From positions 3,264,001-3,328,000 of the forward strand of contig OZ243956.1 of NCBI GenBank assembly GCA_965214405.1: 64,000 bases of DNA, written 5' to 3'. The stretch comes from Trueperaceae bacterium. GTDB taxonomy: Bacteria > Deinococcota > Deinococci > Deinococcales > Trueperaceae. The notes beneath the pieces are model-generated. The model did not search any database. It was not told where the DNA came from and saw nothing but the letters and a program-made list of their open reading frames with translations. The position numbers were made by a program, and so were the translations under genes. Below are positions 1-8,153 of the stretch, one piece after another; positions within the stretch are counted from its first letter, which is position 1; every line of letters begins with the position of its first letter.

Positions 1-82
1 AGCACGCGCCGAGCGTGAGAAGTAAAGCCAGCAAGCCCACAAGGGCGAGCGGGCGAAGAGAGTTGAGACCGGATATGTGCAT
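1..82 (-). CDS. N-terminus of a lipoprotein (partial, runs off the window)
   Basis: Reverse strand reads MHISGLNSLRPLALVGLLALLLTLGAC: hydrophobic stretch plus LGAC lipobox, with a GAAGGAG SD upstream. Confidence 0.75.
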   Translation of the reverse strand, partial: MHISGLNSLRPLALVGLLALLLTLGAC

Positions 83-90
83 GTAAACTC

Positions 91-131
91 CTTCTCGGTG
101 ATGACTTTTCGGTGATGACTTCTCGGTGATG
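91..131. repeat. Three tandem copies of a 14-bp unit CTTYTCGGTGATGA
   Basis: cttctcggtgatga / cttttcggtgatga / cttctcggtgatg directly upstream of the lipoprotein SD. Confidence 0.85.
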
Positions 132-448
132 CTTCTTGATGTTTAGCGAATTCGAACTATAGGAAACGTCAAGGCTTCTCGCAGCTTCTCTTTGGATGCT
201 CTTTGCGTGCGCGAATAATCCACCTTCCTTTCTGGTGCTGGACCCCGGCGTCTCGAGGGGTTCTTTAGCCATTGTCCGGGCGGCGCGTTACGCCAGCGTT
301 CCAAGTCCGGTTGAGCTTGGGGCGGAATGCTGAAGGGAGTGGAGAATCAGGTGATAACGGGATCTGAGAAGACTCTCGTCCATAAAAAGGGGCCAGGAAA
401 GCGCGTGCTCCTGACCTTTTCCAAACTTGGTGACGCCCCGGATTCTGC

Positions 449-640
449 TCAGCGTTGGTTTTTATCCTTGGGCGAGAACAGAATGACGTTCCCGCCGGGA
501 CGCTCTTGCAAAGCTTCTAAAAGAGAAGGCCACGAGGAGAGCTTGAGAAGCTCTCTCGTGGCGACGTTTTGTAGGGTGATGTCCAAAAGGTTTTCGCCCT
601 GTTTGATGCGGATGACGAAGCTCGAGCGTTTGGTGTTCAT
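449..640 (-). CDS. Small hypothetical protein (63 aa)
   Basis: ATG-started ORF with protein-like composition, divergent from the LuxR gene; no family recognised. Confidence 0.4.
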   Translation of the reverse strand: MNTKRSSFVIRIKQGENLLDITLQNVATRELLKLSSWPSLLEALQERPGGNVILFSPKDKNQR

Positions 641-822
641 GCGTCAAGCTTAGCCGCCACGTGTCCGACAAACGTTCCAAACGCCGTGGTGATTTTTGCT
701 GTTTTGGGGAGTGGTGAAAATTATACGCCAGCGTCTAGCGTGATATATTGTAGTGAAAGGGATGGTTTTTAACGTTGTATTCCCTTTGAATCAAGCGGGG
801 GCTGATTAGGGAAGGTGGCTTT

Positions 823-1458
823 GTGGAAACATTCCAAGATGTCTCCACATCTAGCGACAACGCAAATATCACGCTTCATTGTGGTCTGTCAAAATTACGT
901 GCAGAAATCGCGGTTGGCTTAGCAGCTTTTGGCTTTTCAATAGTGGAAACTAGTGTTACCCATCTCATACTTGACGCGCCCTTGGGATGGGCACTTTGGA
1001 AAAGTGAAAATCTCGCTGCTCAACGCATCTTTGTTGTTACGGATAATCCTTGTCCTGAGTACAAGCTCAGGCTGCTCAACCAAAAGCCGTTAGCTTTAAT
1101 GAGTCAGGTATCTCTAAAAGACATTGGCGACATCCTCTGTGATGAGGGTTTCGAAGCGCTTCCTCGCATCATCACACCCCTCTCGAAGGCTGAAGCTTTT
1201 ACGCTGTACCTCGTTGCTACCGACCACAGTAACTGCGCCATCTCGCACATACGAAATATCCAAGAACAAACAGTAAAAAATACAATTTGCACAATCTTTG
1301 ATAAACTCTGTCTCAAAAACCGTTTACAAGCAGCTCACTACTACTTTGGTAACTGGTATCTGCTTTGTCAAAATGGCTGGACACCCCCGGCTCATCTTGT
1401 TCTGCCTGAGTACCTTCAACAGTCATGGTACTTAGGTAACGGTACTAAAGTTCTCTAG
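823..1458 (+). CDS. LuxR/NarL-family HTH transcriptional regulator with degenerate receiver-like N-terminus
   Basis: C-terminal PLSKAEAFTLYLVATDHSNCAISHIRNIQEQTVKNTICTIFDKLCLKNRLQAA fits the LuxR HTH pattern (LS.xE...SN..I....I...TVK.....I..KL...NR). Confidence 0.8.
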   Translation: METFQDVSTSSDNANITLHCGLSKLRAEIAVGLAAFGFSIVETSVTHLILDAPLGWALWKSENLAAQRIFVVTDNPCPEYKLRLLNQKPLALMSQVSLKDIGDILCDEGFEALPRIITPLSKAEAFTLYLVATDHSNCAISHIRNIQEQTVKNTICTIFDKLCLKNRLQAAHYYFGNWYLLCQNGWTPPAHLVLPEYLQQSWYLGNGTKVL

Positions 1459-1487
1459 CCAAAGAACCGATTAGTGGCTATAGTACC
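1427..1487. promoter_or_regulatory. Array of ~14-bp boxes (GGTWCTWWRG..), candidate LuxR-type operator
   Basis: GGTACTTAGGTAAC (1427-1440) and GGTACTAAAGTTCT (1441-1454) on +; GGTTCTTTGGCTAG (1455-1468) and GGTACTATAGCCAC (1474-1487) on -; all immediately upstream of the thioredoxin-peptide operon. Confidence 0.45.
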
Positions 1488-1549
1488 TGCATTAACGGCT
1501 TCTAAAGATTCAGCAGGCGTAGCAACTGGTGCTCGAGGGGAGTTCAGCT

Positions 1550-2305
1550 ATGAAGCTCGTAAACCTATGGTTGATTGGCGGGTTCTTATCCTTAATTGGC
1601 TTTGCCAATGTTAGCTGGGCACAAGTGGTTCCATATGGCGTGAAAATTGAAGACGGCGTAAAAATTCTTGTCTTTGTTGAATCAAACTGCGATGCTTGCG
1701 AGGCACTTCAGAGTGAGTTCGAGGGATTACCTGCCACATACATCGGCGCAGACCTTTTCTTACCCTATACGCCATATTTAACTGATACCGAAAATCAACT
1801 CGTCGCTCGCACCTTCCGTGTTCCTGAGTTTCCGAGCGTTTATGTCCTTAAAGATGGTCAAGTTGCTACAAAGTTTGAAGGTGGAGCCGACCGCTCTACC
1901 GTGGAGGCGGCAGTTAAAGATGTTGAAGCGGGCACCGTGGTGCCCGAGTACACCTACACAATCAACATCGGAGAGCACCTAACAGGAGAATTTTCCGATT
2001 ACACGGGATTTCTCGTTTTCTATAGAGAGAGCTGTGAGAAGTGCCAGGAAGAAAAACCGATACTCAGTCAACTCTGCGAGTCCGGCGAGCTGTCTATTAC
2101 CATCCTGGCAACACGTGATGAGCCACTGCCCGAAGGATGTTCAGGTGAGTTCGCCCGACAAACCGCACTCGATTGGGGGATTCCAGGCGTTCCCTCGGTA
2201 GTTTACTTAGATAAGGGAGTTGTTACCTGGGTTGATTTAGGTTTTCGCGAGGATTTAGCGGTTATAGCTGAAGACCTCGTTGAAACACAAGGAGGAACAC
2301 AATGA
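1550..2305 (+). CDS. Exported protein with two tandem thioredoxin-fold CxxC domains
   Basis: Signal peptide ending VSWA; motifs FVESNCDAC and FYRESCEKC; cis-Pro-type loops VPEFPSVY and IPGVPSVV; SD GAGGGGAG before ATG 1550. Confidence 0.85.
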   Translation: MKLVNLWLIGGFLSLIGFANVSWAQVVPYGVKIEDGVKILVFVESNCDACEALQSEFEGLPATYIGADLFLPYTPYLTDTENQLVARTFRVPEFPSVYVLKDGQVATKFEGGADRSTVEAAVKDVEAGTVVPEYTYTINIGEHLTGEFSDYTGFLVFYRESCEKCQEEKPILSQLCESGELSITILATRDEPLPEGCSGEFARQTALDWGIPGVPSVVYLDKGVVTWVDLGFREDLAVIAEDLVETQGGTQ

Positions 2306-2517
2306 TGAAGCGCGCGAGGTTCGTATTGGTTTTGGCAACAATTAGCCTGACTGGTATTGTCGGCGCAGGTAGTTTCTGCGGAGGTGGCGGCGGTCCCTCA
2401 TGTAAACGCTGTACGCAAGGACTCAAATCATGTACAACAACAATAACCTACGATGCTGACTGCGTTGCTCATTCTAGAACTTCATGCGGTAGCTGTGGGC
2501 AATATTGCGCAGTCTAA
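2302..2517 (+). CDS. Small exported cysteine-rich peptide (8 Cys in a ~49-aa mature part)
   Basis: Strong AAGGAGG SD; ATGA overlap with the upstream stop; signal peptide MMKRARFVLVLATISLTGIVGA; mature GSFCGGGGGPSCKRCTQGLKSCTTTITYDADCVAHSRTSCGSCGQYCAV. Confidence 0.85.
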   Translation: MMKRARFVLVLATISLTGIVGAGSFCGGGGGPSCKRCTQGLKSCTTTITYDADCVAHSRTSCGSCGQYCAV

Positions 2518-2540
2518 CCAGAACCATCTGTTTCGGCTTG

Positions 2541-2575
2541 TACCAGCGGCGCTTACGGTACTGGTGTCGCTGGTA
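2541..2575 (+). terminator. Intergenic stem-loop after the peptide gene (mRNA stabiliser or partial terminator)
   Basis: TACCAGCGGCGC ... GTGTCGCTGGTA form a 12-bp stem including G-U pairs; no U-tract follows. Confidence 0.6.
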
Positions 2576-2597
2576 ATGTAATTAATGGAGAACGATA

Positions 2598-3716
2598 ATG
2601 CCAAAGCACTACATCATTCTGTTTCTGTGGCTCATTGCTTACGCAGCAGCACAAGAGGTTACCTACTCGTCTGACGTAGGTATCACTGCTCTCTCAACGG
2701 GCGCGAGCAATAGCGCCGTCATCCCCGGCAACACGTTGGACGCAAACTTTTATGACGCTTCTTCACAGCCGGTCGCGCTTCCGAGCGAAGGCCGGTATTT
2801 GCTGTGGATTTTAGACGTTGTCAACGCGACCGACGAACGCGCCGAGATTCCTGTGGCCGAGTACGACCAGTACGCCGCAGAGGACACCATGATGGAAAAC
2901 GCGGTGGTGAATTCTCTACCCGAATTTACTGATATGACACCCGGTTACGTCCTCTTTTTCGAACGCCTCGGCACCCTGCCCTACGATGATGAAACGCGGG
3001 AAGCCATTCAGACGCGCCTGTCGCCGCTGACGGTTCTTTTCGATGACGACGCCACGCTACCCACGACGCTTTCCAGCGGCTTGTTTCGCTCGACGTACTT
3101 AGATGGCCTTTATCTTATGGAGGGCGACAGGGTTGCTTACCGCTTTCTTTCCCCCAGCCTTTGGACCCAGTGGGGCTTAACGGATCTTATCAAAGAGGAT
3201 GCTCGGCAATTCTTAGCGGGCGAGGAGCCGAGTGTCGTTCCCATCGTGACCGCGCCGGGCACGCCCGTGGCTGAAGAGATTTTACCCGTCGCCGGACCGA
3301 CTTTGCTGATTACCTTGAACGGCGCGGAAGCCGAAGCACCCAGCGGCGGCGTACAAATCAAAATTGTAAGTAGTCCTGACGGTGGTGAAGAAACATCTTC
3401 GGAGGAAGCCGCCCCCAGTTCGCAAACACGGTTTTTCCTCGAGGCCCTGCCCCCCCTGCTCGAGCGCTACGGCGTTCAGGGCGTCGGGGTGGTGCGGGGG
3501 AGCAGCGACAGCTCGCCCGGTTTACGGGCCGCCTTTCCGGGCTGGCAGTTCATCGCGTCGGATTCGCCAGAGGACCAGTTGCGGTGGCTCGAGTTCCGCA
3601 ACATGGTGGTGGACGCGTCCGGCAACGTCGAAGACGGGTTCATCATGTTTGCGGCACTCAAAGACGACAGCGACAGCGCCGCGTTGGAACGCGCGCTGAA
3701 AGCCGCCGCCCAGTAA
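2598..3716 (+). CDS. Exported acidic protein, putative cysteine-free tandem redoxin (AhpC/TSA-like) fold
   Basis: Signal peptide ending AYAAA; segments PGNTLDANFYDASSQPVALPSEGRYLLW, TVLFDDDA...LYLMEGDRVAYR and LLERYGVQGVGV...FIASD...MVVDASGNV resemble redoxin scaffolds; no Cys in the protein. Confidence 0.6.
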   Translation: MPKHYIILFLWLIAYAAAQEVTYSSDVGITALSTGASNSAVIPGNTLDANFYDASSQPVALPSEGRYLLWILDVVNATDERAEIPVAEYDQYAAEDTMMENAVVNSLPEFTDMTPGYVLFFERLGTLPYDDETREAIQTRLSPLTVLFDDDATLPTTLSSGLFRSTYLDGLYLMEGDRVAYRFLSPSLWTQWGLTDLIKEDARQFLAGEEPSVVPIVTAPGTPVAEEILPVAGPTLLITLNGAEAEAPSGGVQIKIVSSPDGGEETSSEEAAPSSQTRFFLEALPPLLERYGVQGVGVVRGSSDSSPGLRAAFPGWQFIASDSPEDQLRWLEFRNMVVDASGNVEDGFIMFAALKDDSDSAALERALKAAAQ

Positions 3717-3717
3717 C

Positions 3718-5961
3718 GTGTTCCGCTTCCGTAGCGTCGTCGCGCTCATGTCTCTCGCGCTGGCGGGCACCGTCCTCGGGCTCACGCTGGGTTTGTGGGA
3801 GCATTCGCTGACGCTTATCGACCAACTGCGCGACGTGGTGGGGCGCTACACCTGGGAAATCTCGCTGGAGAGCCAAGAGGGTTTACAGCCGCCTCCCTTG
3901 CCCTCGAGCGGTTCGGCGTTTGCGGCCTTGCAGTCGCTACCGGGGGTGCAAGCCGTCGGGGTGGAGACCGGCATCTCGCAGCCCATCGGCACCTTTAGCT
4001 ACGCCTCGAGCGGCGTCAACGCCGACTTTTTCGGGGTGCGCCGCTACGCCCTGAGCGCAGGGCGCGTGTTTGGTTCGGGCCAAGATACAGAACAAGAAGC
4101 CGTCGTCGGCAGCGAGTTGGGGAATCTGCTCGGGCAGACGGTGGAAGTCAGCGGTTTGGGAACAGTTGAGTACAGGGTGGTGGGCGTGCTCGAGCCGTTG
4201 GTGGAAAGGGACACGTTTGCGAACAGCGCCGTTTACGTGCCGATAGACAGTTATCCCGGTTTCTCAGGAGCGCAAAACCTGTACGTCGAGGTCTCGCCCG
4301 CGAACTTTGCCGCGACCCGCGCCGCGCTTACGGCTTGGCTGGCCGACAACGGCTTGAGCGGTTACAAGCTGGCACCCCTGGCGGAGCGGTACGGGCTCGA
4401 GTTGCGCGAGAAAGTCGCGCGACTTCTCAGCGGCGGGCTGCTCTTCGGCGCGGTCGCGGCTTTTTTGGCGGCGGGCGCGAATCTAGTCACGTTTTATCTG
4501 GCGAGAGCCCTGGAGCGCATTCGCTTTTTCGGCCTGCGCCGCGCGGTGGGGGCGAACGCCGGGACCGTCGTGCGTGAAGAGGTAGAGGGGGCGCTGCCGT
4601 GGGCGCTCGTGGGCGTCGCCCTGAGTCTGCCCGGCATCTACCTCGGCAACAGATGGCTGGAGCGCGCCGCCGGTCTCAGCGCCCTGCCCGGCGGCGTCAC
4701 CTTTGTGGGGCTGGCGCTGGGGCTTCTTTTGCTCGTCGGCCTGAGCGCGCTTTACCCCGCGCTGTGGGCGGCGCGGTGGACGCCTGCGTACGCGATTCGG
4801 GGCCTGGCGAGTAGCGCCGCGCAGCGTAGGGTGTGGCTGGCCGGGGCGGGTCTGGCGCTCGGCGTCGCGGGCCTCATTTTGCAAGCGTCCACCGCGGAGG
4901 CGGCGCAGCGGGAGGCGCAGCGCGTGTTGGGAAGCTTCGACAGCCGGACGGCGGTCGTCGGCTCGTTTAGTCCCGAAGCAAATCTGGGCGACCCGCGCGC
5001 GAACGCGTCTTTGTCCACCGGGGACTACCGCGCGTTTCTCGCGTCGCCGCTCGCCGACGCTTTTACGCGCTCGAGCTACGCGCGCGGCTTTTTGGTGGTG
5101 GACTTGAGGGGGAGCGTGGGCTCGAGCCTGAGTTCCGTCATCGCCTACGACGGCGACTATCCAGAGTTAGTCGGCGTGACGCTGATAGGGGGACGTCTGC
5201 CCGACCCCGAAAAAGCTGAACTGCTTCTCGGCGTGGACGTTGCCACTAATCTTTTTGGAACGCAAGCACTCGGCCAGACGTTGAATATTTTGGGCCAAGA
5301 TTGGGTCGTGGTCGGCGTGTTCGAGGCGGGCACGCAAGGCATCCCCGGCGGTGCTTCAAACCAAAAAGTTCTGCTTCCGGGAAAGCTCGTCCGCGCGAAA
5401 GGCGATATCAACTTTATGGTGGCCGAGCGCGCCGCCACCGAGCCGGACGAACGGTTTGACGAGGCCGCCGCCTTTTTTAACGCGCGCCACGCGTCGGCGC
5501 AAACCCTACCTTTCCTGGCGCTGCGCCCGAGCAGCTTTGCGCCGCCCGAACTCAGCCGCACCCTGAGCACGCTGTCTACGGTTTACCGGGCCTTGAGCGT
5601 TCTTCTTCTCGCCCTGGGGGGCGTGGGGTTCATGGCGCAGTTGCTCGTGTCCGTTTCTTTACGCGTGCGCGAAATCGGCATCCGCCGCGCGACCGGGGCG
5701 AGCCGTGGAGACATCTTTCGGCAATTTCTGCGGGAGGTTTTAGGTCTTGGCTTGAGCGCGACGGCGCTCGGGCTGCTGCTGGGCGGGGTGGCGGCCTTTT
5801 TGTCCGCGCGGGTTCAGGGTGTCGCGTTCTCCTTTCCCTTTGGCTGGGCGGTGGGAGCCGCCGCGCTGGGCGTCGTTTTGAGTTTCATATTTGGCGCAGG
5901 CCCAAGCTGGGCCGCGGCGCGCATCCCTCCGGCGAGCGCAATGCGGAGGCGGCCAGCGTGA
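3718..5961 (+). CDS. MacB/FtsX-type ABC transporter permease with two tandem periplasmic+FtsX units
   Basis: Two copies of the R..EIG(I/L)RRA.GA motif (RIRFFGLRRAVGA, RVREIGIRRATGA), MacB-like periplasmic domains (YRVVGVL, WVVVGVF), C-terminal PSWAAARIPPA. Confidence 0.9.
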   Translation: MFRFRSVVALMSLALAGTVLGLTLGLWEHSLTLIDQLRDVVGRYTWEISLESQEGLQPPPLPSSGSAFAALQSLPGVQAVGVETGISQPIGTFSYASSGVNADFFGVRRYALSAGRVFGSGQDTEQEAVVGSELGNLLGQTVEVSGLGTVEYRVVGVLEPLVERDTFANSAVYVPIDSYPGFSGAQNLYVEVSPANFAATRAALTAWLADNGLSGYKLAPLAERYGLELREKVARLLSGGLLFGAVAAFLAAGANLVTFYLARALERIRFFGLRRAVGANAGTVVREEVEGALPWALVGVALSLPGIYLGNRWLERAAGLSALPGGVTFVGLALGLLLLVGLSALYPALWAARWTPAYAIRGLASSAAQRRVWLAGAGLALGVAGLILQASTAEAAQREAQRVLGSFDSRTAVVGSFSPEANLGDPRANASLSTGDYRAFLASPLADAFTRSSYARGFLVVDLRGSVGSSLSSVIAYDGDYPELVGVTLIGGRLPDPEKAELLLGVDVATNLFGTQALGQTLNILGQDWVVVGVFEAGTQGIPGGASNQKVLLPGKLVRAKGDINFMVAERAATEPDERFDEAAAFFNARHASAQTLPFLALRPSSFAPPELSRTLSTLSTVYRALSVLLLALGGVGFMAQLLVSVSLRVREIGIRRATGASRGDIFRQFLREVLGLGLSATALGLLLGGVAAFLSARVQGVAFSFPFGWAVGAAALGVVLSFIFGAGPSWAAARIPPASAMRRRPA

Positions 5962-6698
5962 AAGACGCCATCCTCGAGCTGCAAGACGCCTGGAAGCGCT
6001 ACAGCAACGGCCGCACCACCACCGAGGCGTTGCGCGGCGTGACGCTCTCTTTTGGCGCGGGCGAGAGCGTGGCGCTCACCGGACCCTCGGGCGCGGGCAA
6101 ATCGACGCTGCTCTATTTGCTGGGGCTGATGGACACCCCCTCGAGCGGTAGGTTGCGTCTGCTCGGCAAAGACCCGTTCGCGCTTCCCGACCGGGAGCGG
6201 TCGCGGCTTAGGGGCAGGGCCATCGGCTTCGTGTTTCAGTCGTACAACCTGCTGCCTCAACTCAAAGCGTGGGAAAACGTCGCGCTGCCGCTCAAGTATA
6301 GCGGTGCGGCTTTAAGAGAGCGGAAAAAGCGCGCGCTCGAGGGGCTCGAGCGGGTTGATTTGCTCTCGCGGGCCGACCACTACCCTTCCGAACTCTCCGG
6401 CGGGCAAGAGCAGCGCGTCGCCATCGCTCGCGCGCTCATTCAAAAGCCCGAACTCGTTTTGGCGGACGAACCCACGGGCAATCTGGACACCGGGACGGGC
6501 GAACGCGTCCTGGCTTTGCTCACCGAACTGCACGCGCAAGGCGCGACCCTGATTACCGTGACGCATAGTCCGCAGGTGGCGTCCAGGGCGGAGCGGACGC
6601 TGCACCTGGTGGACGGGCGCATTGTAGATAGGGTAGATGGGCACACCGAAAAGAGCCTCGAGCCCACGGGTAAAGAAAATGATTCGCTTCGGGTTTGA
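5958..6698 (+). CDS. ABC transporter ATP-binding protein (MacB/LolD type)
   Basis: Walker A GPSGAGKST, GFVFQSYNLL, signature [28 protein letters not shown]. Confidence 0.95.
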   Translation: MKDAILELQDAWKRYSNGRTTTEALRGVTLSFGAGESVALTGPSGAGKSTLLYLLGLMDTPSSGRLRLLGKDPFALPDRERSRLRGRAIGFVFQSYNLLPQLKAWENVALPLKYSGAALRERKKRALEGLERVDLLSRADHYPSELSGGQEQRVAIARALIQKPELVLADEPTGNLDTGTGERVLALLTELHAQGATLITVTHSPQVASRAERTLHLVDGRIVDRVDGHTEKSLEPTGKENDSLRV

Positions 6699-6703
6699 GT
6701 TGC

Positions 6704-7789
6704 CTACCTTGCCAGCGCGCTCCTCACGAGTTCCTTGGGGAGGTGGGGCTCGAGCCACGTCAATGCCTGCCGCACCCTGGTCTTGGTGGGCGCGTCGCAG
6801 GCAGGGTGCAGCAGCGCCAAAACGAGCAGTTCCATCGCCCTGGTGTGGTGACCGCTGCCGATAAGGCGCTCCGCCAACCCCGCAATCGCGCGTAGTGCTA
6901 CCGTGGGCTCCGGCACGCGCTTGGCGATGATGAGCGCTTCTTGCCCCCGCCCGCCCACGTCGGTAATGGTCATCAGCCGCGCGTTGGTGTGCTCCATGAG
7001 GGTCAGGAGTTCGCTCAAATCCGCCTCGTCGCTCTCGGACTGAGCGCGGTCCGTGCTGCGGCGACCGTAGGTGCGCGTGCTCGAGCGCTTTTGTAGCGGC
7101 TTGGAGGCGCGAATCGTCTCGATCATCTCCTCCGTCGCGGCAAGCGGTTTGAAGCCCATCTCCCGCAACTCCGCCCGAAACGCGGCGGCAGCTTCCAAAG
7201 CGGCCTCGCGCTGACCACTCAAATAGGCGTTACGGAGGTACGTTTGCAGCGCGTCCTCGGCCAGCGCGTCGCGCTGCAAGAGTTCCTTGGCGGCCTCCGC
7301 CGCGTCACGGTGATGCCCGGTGCCCTCTAAATCGTTGGCGTAGTGAAGCGAAGCGTCGTGCAGCGCGCGCGCCAAGGCCTCACGCTCGAAGTCGAGCCAG
7401 GCCTCAAACGAGGGCGAAGTAGACGCGTTGAGCGAATCCAAAAAGGGTCCCCTGTAAAGTCCTCGAGCCTCGAACCAGCCGCCCTTCTGAATGGCGGCTT
7501 GAAACTCTTTGACGTCGGTAGTCACGCGCCAGCGTAGGCGCTCGGATTCGACCTCGAGCCCGTCCGTTCCCCCGATTTTTTGCGCCTCATGAAGAAGCTT
7601 GCGGATATAGCGCCGGGCGTCTCCTTCGTCGGCGTCGGGCCGGAAAAAAAAGGCCAGCGCCTCGCGGCTTATCCATTCGCCGTAGTAGCCCAAGTAGAGG
7701 AGCAGCCACACGGGCTTGGTGAGCGGCAGGTCGGTACGTTCGCCGTCCCTTTCTAAGGCCGGGGTGCCGAGGAGGTGAAGTTTAACCAT
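6704..7789 (-). CDS. SARP/BTAD-domain transcriptional regulator with truncated C-terminal region
   Basis: N-terminal KLHLLGTP winged HTH, SREALAFFF, LYRGPFL...FEAWL..ERE, BTAD helices; C-terminus TPR-like. Confidence 0.85.
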   Translation of the reverse strand: MVKLHLLGTPALERDGERTDLPLTKPVWLLLYLGYYGEWISREALAFFFRPDADEGDARRYIRKLLHEAQKIGGTDGLEVESERLRWRVTTDVKEFQAAIQKGGWFEARGLYRGPFLDSLNASTSPSFEAWLDFEREALARALHDASLHYANDLEGTGHHRDAAEAAKELLQRDALAEDALQTYLRNAYLSGQREAALEAAAAFRAELREMGFKPLAATEEMIETIRASKPLQKRSSTRTYGRRSTDRAQSESDEADLSELLTLMEHTNARLMTITDVGGRGQEALIIAKRVPEPTVALRAIAGLAERLIGSGHHTRAMELLVLALLHPACDAPTKTRVRQALTWLEPHLPKELVRSALAR

Positions 7790-8153
7790 CTATCTGACCC
7801 CTGCGGGCCTTGCTGATTTCAGCTCTGACCGTAAAGGTTCGGGCGGTGAGGCGTAAAGAGGAACTTAAAAGCGTCTCTTCGGGCCTCCAGACAAGTTTCA
7901 ACTCGAGTCGATGTTTATATGGTTGCACAATTCACCCGTTTCGTGAATAGAAGAGAATGTTTACGTTAGCTCACAAAACACACTGCGCGGGGCGCAAGCT
8001 GGCGGTGCTCGGGTGGTTAAGGCGAGTATAGACCTCTTTGCCAACGCCTCTCGAGCCACCGTCACACTGCTTTGTCAGTGTAGGGGTTGAGTCCTCACGA
8101 AACTCTTACAGATTTGGGTTTGATGGGTTTATGGGCTGTTGTGGGTGCTAATC

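Noticed and set aside
2302..2517. Peptide as a lanthipeptide, sactipeptide/ranthipeptide or lipoprotein
   Set aside because: No modifying enzymes nearby, the leader is a hydrophobic Sec-type signal, and GSFC is not a lipobox.
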